DNA of 64,000 nucleotides from Botryllus schlosseri (Eukaryota). Location of the stretch: positions 39,744,001-39,808,000 of the forward strand of contig CM119372.1 in the NCBI GenBank assembly GCA_051294905.1, in the 5' to 3' direction. Below the pieces are notes generated by a model, which saw only the letters and a list, made by a program, of their open reading frames with translations, ran no database searches and was not told the origin of the DNA. This document shows, one piece after another, positions 48,874-61,332 of the stretch. The position numbers and the translations under genes were made by a program. Positions within the stretch are counted from its first letter, which is position 1. Each line of letters begins with the position of its first letter.

Positions 48874-50020
48874 TAGGGTTGGGACTTCGGGATCAAATTT
48901 CAAATCCCGGGATCGGGATTTCCCGGGATTTTCGCTCCTCAATCCCGGGATTTCCCGGGATTGGTAAAGTAGCAAAATGCACATACAAGCTACACAGACA
49001 ACATTTATTCCTTGTAATATTGACGCAAAAACATGCTCCCGTGAATACGAATGAAACGCAGCGATCGAACGCCACCCGGATAATGAGCGTTTAATTCATG
49101 TACCGCCTGCTTCGTGTAGGAGTTGATTTGTCCAACGTGATCGAAAAACGTCCATCATTCCGTTACATTGCCATGAGCTCTTCTTCCACACACTTGCGGA
49201 TTTTTTTTTTGTGCTCGATCACGAAGTCCCGAACCCGTTTGTGACATCTTGACAAGTTATAGCCGTCAGCCTTGAAGGCCCGACGAATTTGCTCACTTTG
49301 GAGCAATTTGTTTAAATGCTAGCCCGTCGTCCACAGCAGTTAACTGTCTAGGAAGTTCATCGAACCGAGGATTATGCGATTTATAAAAGGAATGATTTTT
49401 TTTGACTTGCCCGATTGAGTCATGCGGGTTGATTTAATTACTATCATGTGTACGGACCTGAAATGCGCTACCAGTCCCTTTGTGCTATACCAGTGGTTCC
49501 CAACCTTTTTCGTCTTATCGCCACCTTATCAACCTCGACACACATTATCGCCCCCATCCCCTATCGCCCCATATTTACGGATCCGAAGAAGAGGACATAT
49601 AAACGGGAAAATCATTCACCTAACTACTTTGATCGCCAAAGAACTGAGTAAATAAAAAGGTAATTTTTCCGAGTAGGTGCTCCAAAAACCGGTTTCCGCC
49701 GTTAAGTTGAGCATTTTTTAGTCAACTTTGGCGTCGTATGCAGAATAAGCCACTGCTACGATCCGTAGACTACGACGGAAATGATTGTGCAGTTCATTTT
49801 ATGCCTTAGTTGGTTTTATTATCATATAATTGTGAATTGTTTTAGACAATCAGCCGAGTTTGTAACACTGCTTTATTACCAAAATAAGAGACATGACGCT
49901 GCGTAAGCCTTGGTAGATGCTGTTTACAAATCCCGGGATTTCATTGCGATTAATCCCGGGATCGGAATTGCTTCAAATCCCGGGATCCCGGGATCGGGAT
50001 TTCCCGGGGTCCCAACGCTA
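48874..50020 (-). mobile_element. hAT family E element, second (inverted) copy
   Basis: TAGGGTTGGGAC / GTCCCAACGCTA. Perfect TSD GTATAATC. Carries the same nested MITE (from 49491) at the same internal site. Adjacent to a TA-rich microsatellite (~48818-48870). Confidence 0.92.
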
Positions 50021-50267
50021 GTATAATCTTCATAATATTATTATAAGATTTGGGAACCAATTCGTTAATTCAAATTGAATATTGACGTTTGCCAACACAC
50101 GCAAATTTATTATGTGTTGATGGCCGCGTAATTATTGTTCCACGGCTGCATGCAACGTCTGCAGGTTGGCCACCACTGGCCTGTTGAAACAAGGATGAAT
50201 AAGACCATAACTTATTGTAATGCTAAATACTAATCAAGGATTGGGATTAGCTGACAATCATCTAGCA

Positions 50268-51109
50268 CAGGGGCGGGCAACTTCTCCAGTCGGCGGGCCG
50301 GATATGGGAAAATTAAGTACTTGGCGGGCCGGATTGCTGAATCTATAAGATATTGACCCATTTATCCACATATACCAGGAATAAATCGTATTTAATGAAT
50401 GTATTTCAACGACACCAATATTACTTCGAAGCCATTTCACGCCGATAATGACGAAGACAATGTGGATTTGAGAACAGCATTGTCATACAGGCGCCGTCAT
50501 GTCTGCTACTATCTGATCAATTAACACACTGTGCAATCCTTAATTAAGATTTCAAGGCGTTCGACAGGCCCGGTACCCTATATTTACCAAGCTATATCAA
50601 TTGATTTGCGTTGAGTGGGTGCCGAGATAGCGTCGTTGTTCAACTGTGTGGCCTGATTAATCTCGATATGGAATTCATGCGACCCGCGTCCTCTGCGAAA
50701 TTTGAAAAGTGTCCCGCGAGCCGTTTTGAGTCGGCGACCCCTGACATAAGCGGTGCCCTACAAAAGCCTACAAGTGTGCCGTGCTACAATTCGGCTGTTA
50801 CGGAATGAAAATTAAGAAATATCAGCCTGGTGTAAATGACCATTGCAGTCGACGAACACCACGATTACCACTAACGACATTAGGGTTGAGTACATCGTAA
50901 ATGCTGATAATGCAAGTCTTCTCGCTACGACGAACTTACGCGTTAGCTCTACTCTCGCACTCTACATACAGTCACTAAAATTTAACGCAGTAAACAAGTA
51001 GTGGGGAATCTCGGCAGACTGGGGCCGCGGGCCACATGATCATGTAAGATGGAAAACTGTCTGCGGGCCGGACAAAATCCCTTCGCGGGCCGTATGTTGC
51101 CCACCCCTG
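50268..51109 (+). mobile_element. hAT family D MITE carrying a SINE fragment
   Basis: CAGGGGCGGGCAAC / GTTGCCCACCCCTG. Perfect TSD ATCTAGCA. Confidence 0.92.
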
Positions 51110-51311
51110 ATCTAGCACATTGGTTCTAAACTTGACGCCGCGAGATACCCTGCCTACGTCCCTGCATTGATGTACCCTGCGATATTCATAAGGATCTCGC
51201 AAGAAGTAGTAATTCAATATTTCTGAGCTCTTGCGGTGGTTTCCTGGAGAATGATTATAGAAGTCCATTACTAACGATGAACTTTGAATAATGAAAAGCA
51301 TTTGCTTGTAA

Positions 51312-52339
51312 CAGTGCTCTTCAACGGGATGTTTCGTACACCGCAGGGTGAACCGTAATTTTTAAAGGGTGTACCACTCGAATGGGGTGTACAGGGGTGT
51401 ACCAGATCCGCATTATAATGAACCGATGAGACGATGAGTATAGCTATCACAATAAATACGCCAGTTTATGGTTCAGAACAGGTCGACTTAATGTGTAATA
51501 TCGTACAATGTGATGTCATAAGCAAATGTTTCTCCTCATTTAACCTTGGTAATGGACTTATTAGTTCCTTTTGGAGTGGAACAGGGTGGAGTTAGCATAT
51601 GTTCAGCTTGCGATATCTATCTAATGATTCTCGAGGAAACCACCGCTATAGCTCAGACATTTTGAATTGGTGATTCCTGCAGCAAGCTTATAAATAGCTT
51701 AGAATACATGATTGCACAGCCAGGGGGTCGAGTTTGCGAACCGCTGCGTTAGATGGTGGTCCAGTAACCTCGAGCCCTGATTCGTATTTAGCATTTCCTA
51801 TACGTTGTAACCTTGCTCAAATATTCATTCTTATTTCGGTTAGGCCAAAGACACTGAACTTTAAAAAATGCACTGTCGTGGCGCAAGAATCCTAATCAGG
51901 CGATTAGCGCCACTGCCATTGATGTGTAATAATAATGATATTGATAACAAGACAAACAATCCTGATGGGAGGCCAATGTAATGTAAGTATCTATTCTTTA
52001 CGTTTATACTCGCGACTTAGGTACATATATTACACTGTAATCCTGCTGGGATGTTTTGCTTCTACAATAAAAAAATTTACGCAAGGCATATCTCATGAAA
52101 CAACTGAATGCACAGAACACCGCAAGTGCTCTCCACGGTATTAATTTCCCAGTAGCCAATTTCATACGAGTATTTGTTGTCCATGGGCCATGGCGACTCC
52201 CCGCTGGAATGCGAACGTATTGTATATGTAATCGAAATGCGGCTTTCTGCGTTATCGGTGTATTATATGGTCAGGGGCGTACGAGTTTTCAGAAAATGTT
52301 CAAAGGGTGCACCACGACGAAAAAGGTTGAAGAGCACTG
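51312..52339. mobile_element. hAT MITE with GGTGTAC subterminal motifs
   Basis: CAGTGCTCTTCAAC / GTTGAAGAGCACTG. TSD GCTTGTAA/GCTTATAA. An inverted end of the same family is at ~55490-55591. Confidence 0.85.
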
Positions 52340-52799
52340 GCTTATAACATCACAAAATGTATGTTACTCACAAGCTACGTATACGCTGTTATGAACATTG
52401 TACGATATTGCACACCCGGTCAACATGTTTTGAAGCGTGAATTTGCGCGTTTATTGTGATAGCTAGCCATTGGCACCATCGTATGAGAGGGGTATGTAAG
52501 GGATGCGGCCGCATCCTCAAATGATTCGTGGATCCAAATGTTTGGATTTTTGCGAATTGATTATTTTAGTTTCACGATAATTTCAAAAGAATTCTCTGAT
52601 CTGTTTCTTCCTATATTTCAATAGCATTGACAGAAAATTGTTGTTTACATGGAGTGGATATACTTTTATAGTAACAGGTATCTAGTTTTAAGGCAATAGA
52701 ATCATTGCAGTATATGTTATCAATTCGTTAAGTCTTTGTGTGCCCTTTATGGTATTAACGGCACCATGACAAACGTCAAACAGCAGCAAGTTTCCATTA

Positions 52800-53272
52800 T
52801 CCACTCATTTCGATTCAGGTATCAGCATATTATGACCGTACCCGCTATGTAATTGATGGACATTGGGCAATCATCCCCCAGATTAGCTTGGAACTCGCAT
52901 CATTGGCTTTTCCTCTCTTTAGAAATGGTTGCCACATATTTATGATCTTGGATTCTGCATATTATGACCGTATCACTGTCAGCTATGTCATGGAGGGAGA
53001 TTGGGCAATCTTTAGTCAAATTAGCCTGGGACGCGCATGCTCGGCCTTTCCTTTCTTTAAAACTGTTTTCCACTTATTTATGATCCTGGTTTCAGCATAT
53101 TATGATCGTATGACTGTCTGCTATGTCATCGATGGACATGGGCAATCTTCCGCCAGATTAGCTAGGAACTCGCATGGATGGCGTTCTACTCTTTAGACTT
53201 TTTTCCACTTACGTAGATCCTAGTTTCAGCATATTATGGTCGTATCAAAGTCTGCTATGTCATCGATGGACC
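52800..53272. repeat. Minisatellite, ~3.5 units of ~132-138 bp
   Basis: GCATATTATG(A/G)(C/T)CGTA..GCTATGT..TGGGCAATC..ATTAGC recurs at ~52825, 52957, 53095 and 53229 (last unit partial). Confidence 0.85.
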
Positions 53273-54779
53273 ATCTGCACCAAATTCACCATCTTCTTAT
53301 GGCCGTAAAGTCAATATTTTCCGCTTCGTCTTTTATGGCATAAAATATTCATATTTGAAGCTTTTTAAATCATACAAACTGTTATGAGATAATAATGATT
53401 GACACCAGACTTGCAACCTAATACTTATTACGAATATAATCACTCAGGTACTAGATTTGGTCAGCCCTAGGTATACTAATGGAAACCGTTACCGGTACTT
53501 AACCTGCATTTTTTATATGAAACAATCGTTTTACCTACATTGTACCTACAAGTTAAAAAATGTAAAGTAGTTTGATTCATGGATTTCCTACGTATGCAGC
53601 GTTTACGTTGCTAAATTTCTTATCGCTTATCAACTATTTTTGGCCATCATCACCAAGAACAATACCACAAGCTAGACGCAGTGGACTCGTCTATAGATAA
53701 CTAACCGACGGAGTAAGTTGGTTATCTAGAACTCGTCAACGGTCACTGGGTTAGAACAAAACATTTGAGGTCATAGGTGAAAGACCATATTCAGTCTATC
53801 AATGCGGATATTAACAGTTCAACACGGGTAACAGAGCTAATAGTCGCATAAACCAAGGGATAATTTCTGCATATAATAATATTGATATAATATCGTCAAA
53901 TCATGGCTGGGAAAAGACAATCTAATATCACAGACATTATTGCAGCTATGGTTCATCGCACACTAATCCAACAGAAGGTATGTTTGGTTCATCTGCTCCC
54001 GTTATACCTAGCTCTCTGTCACTTTATTCCTGTCGAATTGCAATGAAAAATGTTGTTGATTTTTGAGTATCGCGCTGTCGGGAATTTTTTGGAATCGAAA
54101 ATTATGCAGAAAGCAGGTAAGTTGTATATATTTTTTTAAATGGAAATTTTGCAAGAAATTCTGTTAGCTTTGATAGGCAGTATCCAAACTATCTATTGTA
54201 GTTTTCGCCTATCAGGTATACCGTATTGTCCACAATGAAAGTGGAGGTCGGTTGCTCCCTAACTTGAGAAATAGCAAAACGTAGTGTAACTACTAAAAGT
54301 CAGTAACGGTTTTGAATTTTGTTCAGGTAATACAAGGGATAGGCATCGAAATGGAAGTTTTTGGACATCAACTGACATGCAAAAACTGCCGCCAAACCCT
54401 ATTTGCATGCTGCATCCTCCAAAGAAGAGCATACAAAGTCAGCCAATCGCTCAATTGAATTTAGTGCTAACATAACCTTTAACAAAGAAAGTTAACATTT
54501 ACACCCATTTCTCAGCCAATTGGAATGGAATATTCACAGCCGTCAGTACTGGAACCTATTTGACAGTGCACAAGCACATGGAAACTCCTGCTCACCCTAG
54601 AACTACTGTTGAAGCGATTGTTTTCCAAGTGTCACATTCTTCAGTCAGTGACAGAAACGAGTGTGATAGCGTCCGGTGACGATGCTTCGTCATCTGTTAC
54701 GAATTTTGAAACCATTACAATGTCAACTATTGATCCGGTAATGAGCAATGATTTCAAAACATCTGCTGGCAACAACATA

Positions 54780-55070
54780 GAGCCTCATTAACCAATTTTG
54801 CAACGCTACAATCCAAAGAAATATGACGATGAGAAAGAAACAAGATATTACATTCCAACTCTTCAAAACTCATCCCTGGTTAACTTGTAACAAAAATGAC
54901 AAGACTATGGAACGCTGTCCATGCCTGAAATGAAACAAATCAAATGATGGATTCAAGTATTCAGAATGGAGGATGCCTCATAAATTGGTTAATCATGCGA
55001 AGTATACAAGACTCATCTTACTGCGATAGAAAAATGCCGACTGCACTGCTGGAAGCGTTTTTTCGAAGTT
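54780..55070 (+). pseudogene. Degenerate TTF-type zinc finger of a ZMYM1-like hAT transposase
   Basis: Fragmented frames read PKKYDDEKETR..FKTHPWLTCNKNDKTMERCPCL..DGFKYSEWRMPHKLVNH..THLTAIEK. Confidence 0.6.
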
Positions 55071-56137
55071 AAAAAGACTAAAAACATATCTCAGATCGAC
55101 TATGGGTCGGCCACGACTTACCCATATGGCGGCATTTTAACTTGAAAGAGAAATTACAAGTATTGTCAATATTGAGCACATCATTGATGTATAGGCCTAT
55201 TCGGTATGCATTAAGGCGGAGACAAATACTTTTTTTGAATTGGTAATATTGCCCATAAATATCCGAGCCTAGATAAATTTCGGACTTCGTTTTAGTGATA
55301 GGATATATTTGCTTTCATTATATTGCAGTTCGTCCTAAATAGGCTATGTGTACAGTGCTTCCCATTGCGTCATATACACTATCAAGTGCTTCATATCAAC
55401 TTTTGTGGCTCACTGTCTATTTGGGCGAAAACATTTCGCATCCCCAAAAGTTTCCCCTCCCATACCCCTATGGCCATTGGTATATTATATTGCAGATATG
55501 GTACACCCCAGTACACCCCATATGAGTGGTAAACCCTTTTACAATTTTGTTACACCCCGGAGTGTACAATACACCTGATCGAAGAGCTCTGATATAGAGT
55601 ACTCTTGTTTTATTCATATTACCAATATTGCTTTTTTTAGATATGGTTAATCTACTTGTGTTATTTGATAATCCGATTAAAACGTTTTTTATTCAAGAAT
55701 GCATTGACATGGAGAAAGAATGGAAAGTATAAATACCTAAACAAATTCATGAGATTTCCAAAAGAAATATCGATTCCATCTGTCTGGGCCAGCCTTGGAA
55801 GCCTACATGGTGAAAAGTTACGCTGGAGCCGCGCATTAAAAGCTCATATTGTTGTATTGAATTCCCCATTAATAGAGCGATACACCAGTGATGACACTAT
55901 TTTCCTATTTATCACACAAAAAGAAAATGCGGAAACTTATCACTTTGTATTCGAAGAGCGTCTTGAAATACAGGAGCTTAATTATTTTACCACCAGCGTA
56001 TCGTATTATTGATTAATCAAGTACAAAAATCACTGCAGTAGAAAAATCACCGATATCGCACTCCCGTTGTTCTCAAGGTCTTCGTTGCGTTTTCCTGGGG
56101 TATCGTGTAGTGATTTCCTTCGGGCGAACCCAAGTAC

Positions 56138-56536
56138 CAGAGATGAGCATGGATTAGGATTAGGATTTGAAAAAACAGGATTTGTGAAATTTTGTCGGAT
56201 TTGGATTGGATTAGGATAAAAGATTTGTTTCTGAACGGATTAAGATTTGGATTGGATTTACCGATTTTCTGCGATATTGATGTCCTGTGGCGAATGGCGA
56301 CGATGTTTTTCGTCCTATCAAAGTTACTTTATGTACTTTGGCATTCATTATGCGTTTTATTTCTTCTTACGTAAATATAGGCATAAGATGTGGGCTGTTT
56401 ACGATAAATACACGTTCATATCGGATTAGGATCGGGATTAGAATTGGAATATACAAAGTTTCTGGATTAGGACTTGGATTGAAGCTTCGGATTTGGATTG
56501 GATTAGGACATAGAAATTTCTAACCCGTCATCTCTG
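56138..56536. mobile_element. hAT MITE with (GGATTA/T)n motifs
   Basis: CAGAGATGA / TCATCTCTG. Perfect TSD CCAAGTAC. Degenerate relatives at ~12210-12530 and ~24305-24760. Confidence 0.88.
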
Positions 56537-57039
56537 CCAAGTACAATATTCACTCGCAACAATATCACTTTTCCACTAAACCGACTTGTTACGTCATCGC
56601 GATGTGAATGTGTTCGCATTTAGAACGCACAAACGAGTGAAAGTACATTAGGCTTGAAGTAGGCAGCAGAAAGAATATCGCAAGACATACGTCTTGCTGG
56701 ATTTGATTTTGCTCTGCAGAGGGTGCTCAATTAAATCGGTAGAGTTCACAATATTACAAAGTTAGTTGTACAAACAAAGGCGGTGAGAATACGAACCAAG
56801 CAAATTTTTCCCATGGATCAACAAGCTTAGTGTCATCACGAATTATTTATATATAGGTCTATGCATTAACTATGTAGACTCGGCCTGAGATCATCAGTCG
56901 TCAGGCCGCGTCTAGATCGTTAAGGCATAGGTCGTCACAGGAAAGCGTGTCTAGGCCTGATTGGTGTAGTTCGCATTACAAACAGGCTATTGCAATGGTC
57001 AGTAGATAAACTGCATTGTAACTTAATAATTAGATGTAA

Positions 57040-57826
57040 CAGTGGCGGCTCGTCCTATAGGGCAACTGGTTCATTGCCCCTCTTAAAATTCTGTTCAATA
57101 ACACTTATATACCATCTATAGACGCACAGAAGTCAAAAATATACCGAAATCACAGCGGAACCCGCATTACTATTGTGCTTTCGCTTGTAAATGCCCATAC
57201 CTAGCGAAATCTATGCGAAAATCGAATTCTCTTCCGTGTTTTCTCTTTGTGAATGCCTAGCCGGGGCTTGCCCCGGTAGCGCTCAGAACAAGCTTTCACT
57301 GTCTGTTCTCTCAAAGCCGCGCACAATAAAGAAACGGTGATTTACTCTCTCTTATTCATAAAATTACCGAGCAAGTGGGGCAACCTTGCCTGGTTGCCCC
57401 TAAGGTGTGATGTAACAATCGTATCTATATCTGAGCTCGGTTACCGTCATATGCGTTGAGTCGACCTTTGCTGGTAGGCCTATAGGTCGATTTTGACGAT
57501 GTTTCGCACCATGATAATTCTTGAAACTTGGTTTGTTATGTCATGACGGTCGTATTTAGCACTGCTCCAAGTTTCAGGGTTGCTACTTAAAGTGTAGGGT
57601 AGTAATTTTGTTTCTAAATTTGACTGTGTGCTGATCCGTCATGTATCGCAAACAGATTTTACTCAAAAGCGGGTATTGGTCTCCATTGCTTTTGACGATG
57701 TTCCATACCGAGATAGGTCATATTATTTGGCACAGTTATTCTTCGTGGTAGTATCAACTTTTAAGTTTATCACTGAAGTATGTGGGTGGTAATTTCGTTT
57801 CCTAAGTCGAGTGAGAGCTGACTTTG
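57040..57826 (+). mobile_element. hAT family X, 5' portion only
   Basis: Starts CAGTGGCGGCTCGTCCTATAGGGCAACTGG. Collinear with 12619-13400. No right end found. Confidence 0.85.
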
Positions 57827-57949
57827 CGGAATTAGTTCGTCACTTCCCGTTTTGGCAACATTGCACCAAGTTTAGCATGTTTTTTTTCTCGCTCGGGAAG
57901 CTGTTCACTAAAAATAAAGCAAGTTCACTTGCGATCTCTTTGACTTGAA

Positions 57950-58310
57950 TCGATGATGTACACTGCATGAAAAGTAATCTAGGTAACATCAAAGGACAGA
58001 CGTCAAAATGAGGTGGCATGTGATGGTACGGGTGGTCGATATATCAGATCGAGGTCCAGTAAACTCGAGATCTGACTAGAATTTATTCAGTGGAGCCGTC
58101 ATGTATTTTGATTTGAATGTGGACGCAACTGGACATGCTCGTCGAGTTCCAAATTTTCATAGGAATATCATTCCACATGTCTTGTCCGGTGTACATGATA
58201 GAACGTAAATTATAATATATATAATTAAAATATAAAATATAATTATCTTTGCAAACGTCCATATGAAAGTTGTGGATGAATCAAGTTATTCCGAGCGTGA
58301 TGCGCGTGTT
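57950..58310 (-). mobile_element. LINE 3' remnant paralogous to 17090-17460
   Basis: Shared blocks, e.g. CGTCAAA.TGAGGTGGCATG..TGGTCGATATATCAG and CATAGGAATATC.TTCCA. Confidence 0.7.
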
Positions 58311-58344
58311 CTAATAAATGTGCGGACATGCTGTTTTAAGCGCT

Positions 58345-58772
58345 CCTATACAAACGCCGTGCTGTTTACCTCACGTAACCGATCGTAGTATCGATTGTAT
58401 TCATGGACTACATCACTTTTGGGCATCCTCGGGTGTTGCAAGGAATGTTTGGACGTCGTAAAAATCACGTTGGTGTTCGCTTGACCCCAGGAACCAATTA
58501 TGTTCATTTGTGTTTCATGGTAAATGGATATAAACATCTTTGGTTGTTTGTTCGGTTGGTTCTGCTGACTTTCATGAGTTGAATTGCGTGAAATTTCTCT
58601 CGAAAGATGCAATTTTCAGGGCAACCGCTACTAAGTTCGATTGTGCGGATGTTGTCAAGCTTCAAAATTAATTTCGATTTCGGAACAGATCATTAATGTT
58701 GTGTGCACGAGAGTGCCCACGAGGTTGATCTGGCTGTGTCTAGGTCTGAATGAATTCCAACGTAGGTATTGG
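58345..58772 (-). mobile_element. Penelope-like remnant paralogous to 23540-24030
   Basis: Minus strand reads QYLRWNSFRPRHSQINLVGTLVHTTLMICSE. Endpoints are similar to the 23.5-kb copy. Confidence 0.85.
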
Positions 58773-59513
58773 TCTAATTTTGACCCGCACAAGCTAATTA
58801 TATTCCAAAGTAACTTATACCAGAAGGTAATTACCGACCGTGACGCACCAGTAGCTTATAGGAGATAATCGCTACTACCGCTTTCTACAACACAAATAAT
58901 AATAGCAACGCTAATGCGCGTAAGTCACAGCAAGATTTCTATAATTTCGATTCTTCATTTTCAATCATCTATACCTCCGCAAACCTTGCCAATTATTCAG
59001 CTACCGCAATCCTGTAATCTGACCTCTTCGTGCATTGCATAGGAATAGCAATTTGACTGTATTGCTGAAATATTTTTGACTACTTCAATCTCGCCATATT
59101 CTATAGGGACGGGTTACTCCCCGGATAATGTGTGTATTTACCAGCTTCATTGTGAATAAAGAAGATAATAATGTATCGAGAAATCTATCCATCTGAAGAA
59201 ATCTTAGATATAAATCAATTCAATGTTATATTTAATTACGTATGTTATAAGTGATGATATTTTAATATTGAAATTTCTGATGACACTGGAATGACATCAC
59301 GGCTTCCTCATCGTCCCGTTACTTAGCGAAACTAATCCTTGTGTAATCAAAATATCAGATCAGATGCGTCACCAAGTGAGCTTCCTTCTTGGTAACATTA
59401 TATTAAGCACCTAAACATTGATCAACCCACTACCTTCTAACTTATTGAGCTCAGTAAGATCGGCGTATACATCGCCAGAGTACCTCATATTGAACATCAA
59501 ATTGCTTCCGAAT

Positions 59514-60078
59514 ATGTTGCTAAAGCATTGGATTATTTTGACGATCGAATTCGTCAATTATTCACGTTCCGGTAGGAGGAATTCGGGTTTGAATTTTTTT
59601 TAAGTTAGAAATTTGTAATTTTTAGCACACGTCTGCATTAGAAGTTACGTCAACGGCAAGTGGATCTTGAATGGGGATTGTGGGGTTGGTAAAAAGGTGG
59701 TTTTTCATCACTAAAACGCCTTCCATTCTGTGTACGTTTCCTGAAGGGTCCGGAAAGGATGTCAGAGATAATGAAGGAACTTCAACTCAGACCAAAATAT
59801 GGAAAGACATGGACTGTGAGTAGAATTTAAGTCTTCCAAAGATTGAGCGCGGAAACGTCATGAACAAACTTGGGTTGGAAATTTGACGAAAAGTCAAGAA
59901 TTGCAACCATTTGAATCGGATTTCGAGAAGAGGCTTTAACAAATTTATGTAACTTTGAATGTTTGCTGAATTCCGCTGTAGGTTTTCCAGCGGAGACTGA
60001 ATGGAGACGTGGATTTCTACCGCGGTTGGGATGATTACGTGAAAGGATTCGGGAATCCCGCAGGAGATTTCTGGCTCG
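59514..60078 (+). CDS. Fibrinogen-related domain protein, copy 3, exons 1-4 only (rest outside window or lost)
   Basis: Exons 59514-59571, 59626-59684, 59747-59815, 59982-60078 in frame: [94 protein letters not shown]. No exon 5 was seen before 64000. Confidence 0.85.
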
Positions 60079-60444
60079 GTAGGATGGTTTTGTGTTTAAT
60101 TTAGTTGTTCAATTTAGATTTCGTTATAGATGGTCAAATTAGTCATCGTTGGCAGTTGGTACAAAAGTAGATGTAGAACTAGAGCAATAACTTATCCTAA
60201 AGTAAACGTAGAATAGGCTGTATCCAAGTAAGTAAAAACTAAGTATTCCTCTCTCCTTTGGCCAACAAATGGAAACTGTATAAAGTAGGAATAGAACTAG
60301 ACTAAATAATAACCACTTGAGTAAGTGGTGCGAGTAGGCAAATCTACTTGAGATATTTCGAAAATGAAGAGTACTTCGTTAATGACCATAACCCTTGGAT
60401 TGCGGCGATGCTAGAAATTAGTTGGCATCTGAGTAATAAAGCTC

Positions 60445-60833
60445 ATTCTTTTTTAATCATATATTCATATTTATTCCCGAAGCTTTGAGGCTCACACTCA
60501 ACAGGGGATACCGTCAGCAATAAGGCGAGCATTAAAATAACCATGTTTAACAACAATTTGCATCGCTAATTATGACGTCACAGAGAGTAAATAAAAGTAT
60601 GGAAAACGAGTAGCACCAGCACGGAGATCGTGAAACAAAACAAGTCTATTTGCGATTTTCAAATGATTCTCATATTCTTTCTGTTGGCATAGACTATAGG
60701 TTGACTCATAGGGATGATGGTGGACTCAAGAACAAGCAAATGAAATAAATTGCGACCCTTAGCCAACATAGAGAACATGTCCTCATGATAATTAGCAGCA
60801 CATGTATGATATTTTTAACGCAGAGCGAACGTT
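60445..60833 (-). mobile_element. Penelope-like element 3' end (GIY-YIG C-terminus) in FReD3 intron 4
   Basis: Minus strand reads CAANYHEDMFSMLAKGRNLFHLLVLESTII..QP, followed by AATAAA and an A-rich end near 60450. Confidence 0.7.
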
Positions 60834-61332
60834 TGTAGTTGTATAATTGTATATCTGACTCCAAGAAGGTTGCGTTTACAATTCGCTGCGTGTTCTCCTT
60901 CCGTTCGACGGACCGGCTAACCACGCCTTACGACCTTGTTGGCTGACGTACCCCGAAGCCTGTCTATTGCACACGTATTCGATGGATCACACTGACGAAT
61001 ATATTTTGTTTCCGTCTCCCCGACTTGTAACTTTATTGAATATCACGTACGGTTCAAAATGCAATATATATTTCTCGCAATTGGCGAAGTCTTTATGAAT
61101 GTCTATCGACTTCCGAACCAGCTAATAATCATGAATGTATATCAACTTCCGAACCAGCTAATAATCATGAATGTATACATCAATACCTCTACGTGGTATT
61201 ACACGTATATCTCGAAATGAACCCAACGTCGTACGATTTCATATTTCGTTATCTACGTCCACACGACAAATTATACGACTCACAAAGGTATTATCAGGTT
61301 TCAGTTCAGGGAATTAGGCAAGGTTCACAACA
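60834..61332 (-). mobile_element. Probable 3' LTR (~500 bp) of Gypsy-like element
   Basis: On the minus strand a purine tract AATAGGGAG directly precedes TGTTGTG... and the segment ends ...ACTACA. Contains AATAAA and a ~36-bp tandem duplication (~61097-61180). The 5' LTR is not in the window. Confidence 0.65.

Noticed and set aside
40326..49094. Repeated ORFs [29 protein letters not shown] as a gene family
   Set aside because: They are read through the termini of two family E hAT copies.
39106..50020. 10.9-kb composite transposon carrying FReD2 exon 6 and Harbinger
   Set aside because: The outer ends are inverted, but each family E copy has its own TSD and there is no shared outer TSD, so it did not move as a unit.
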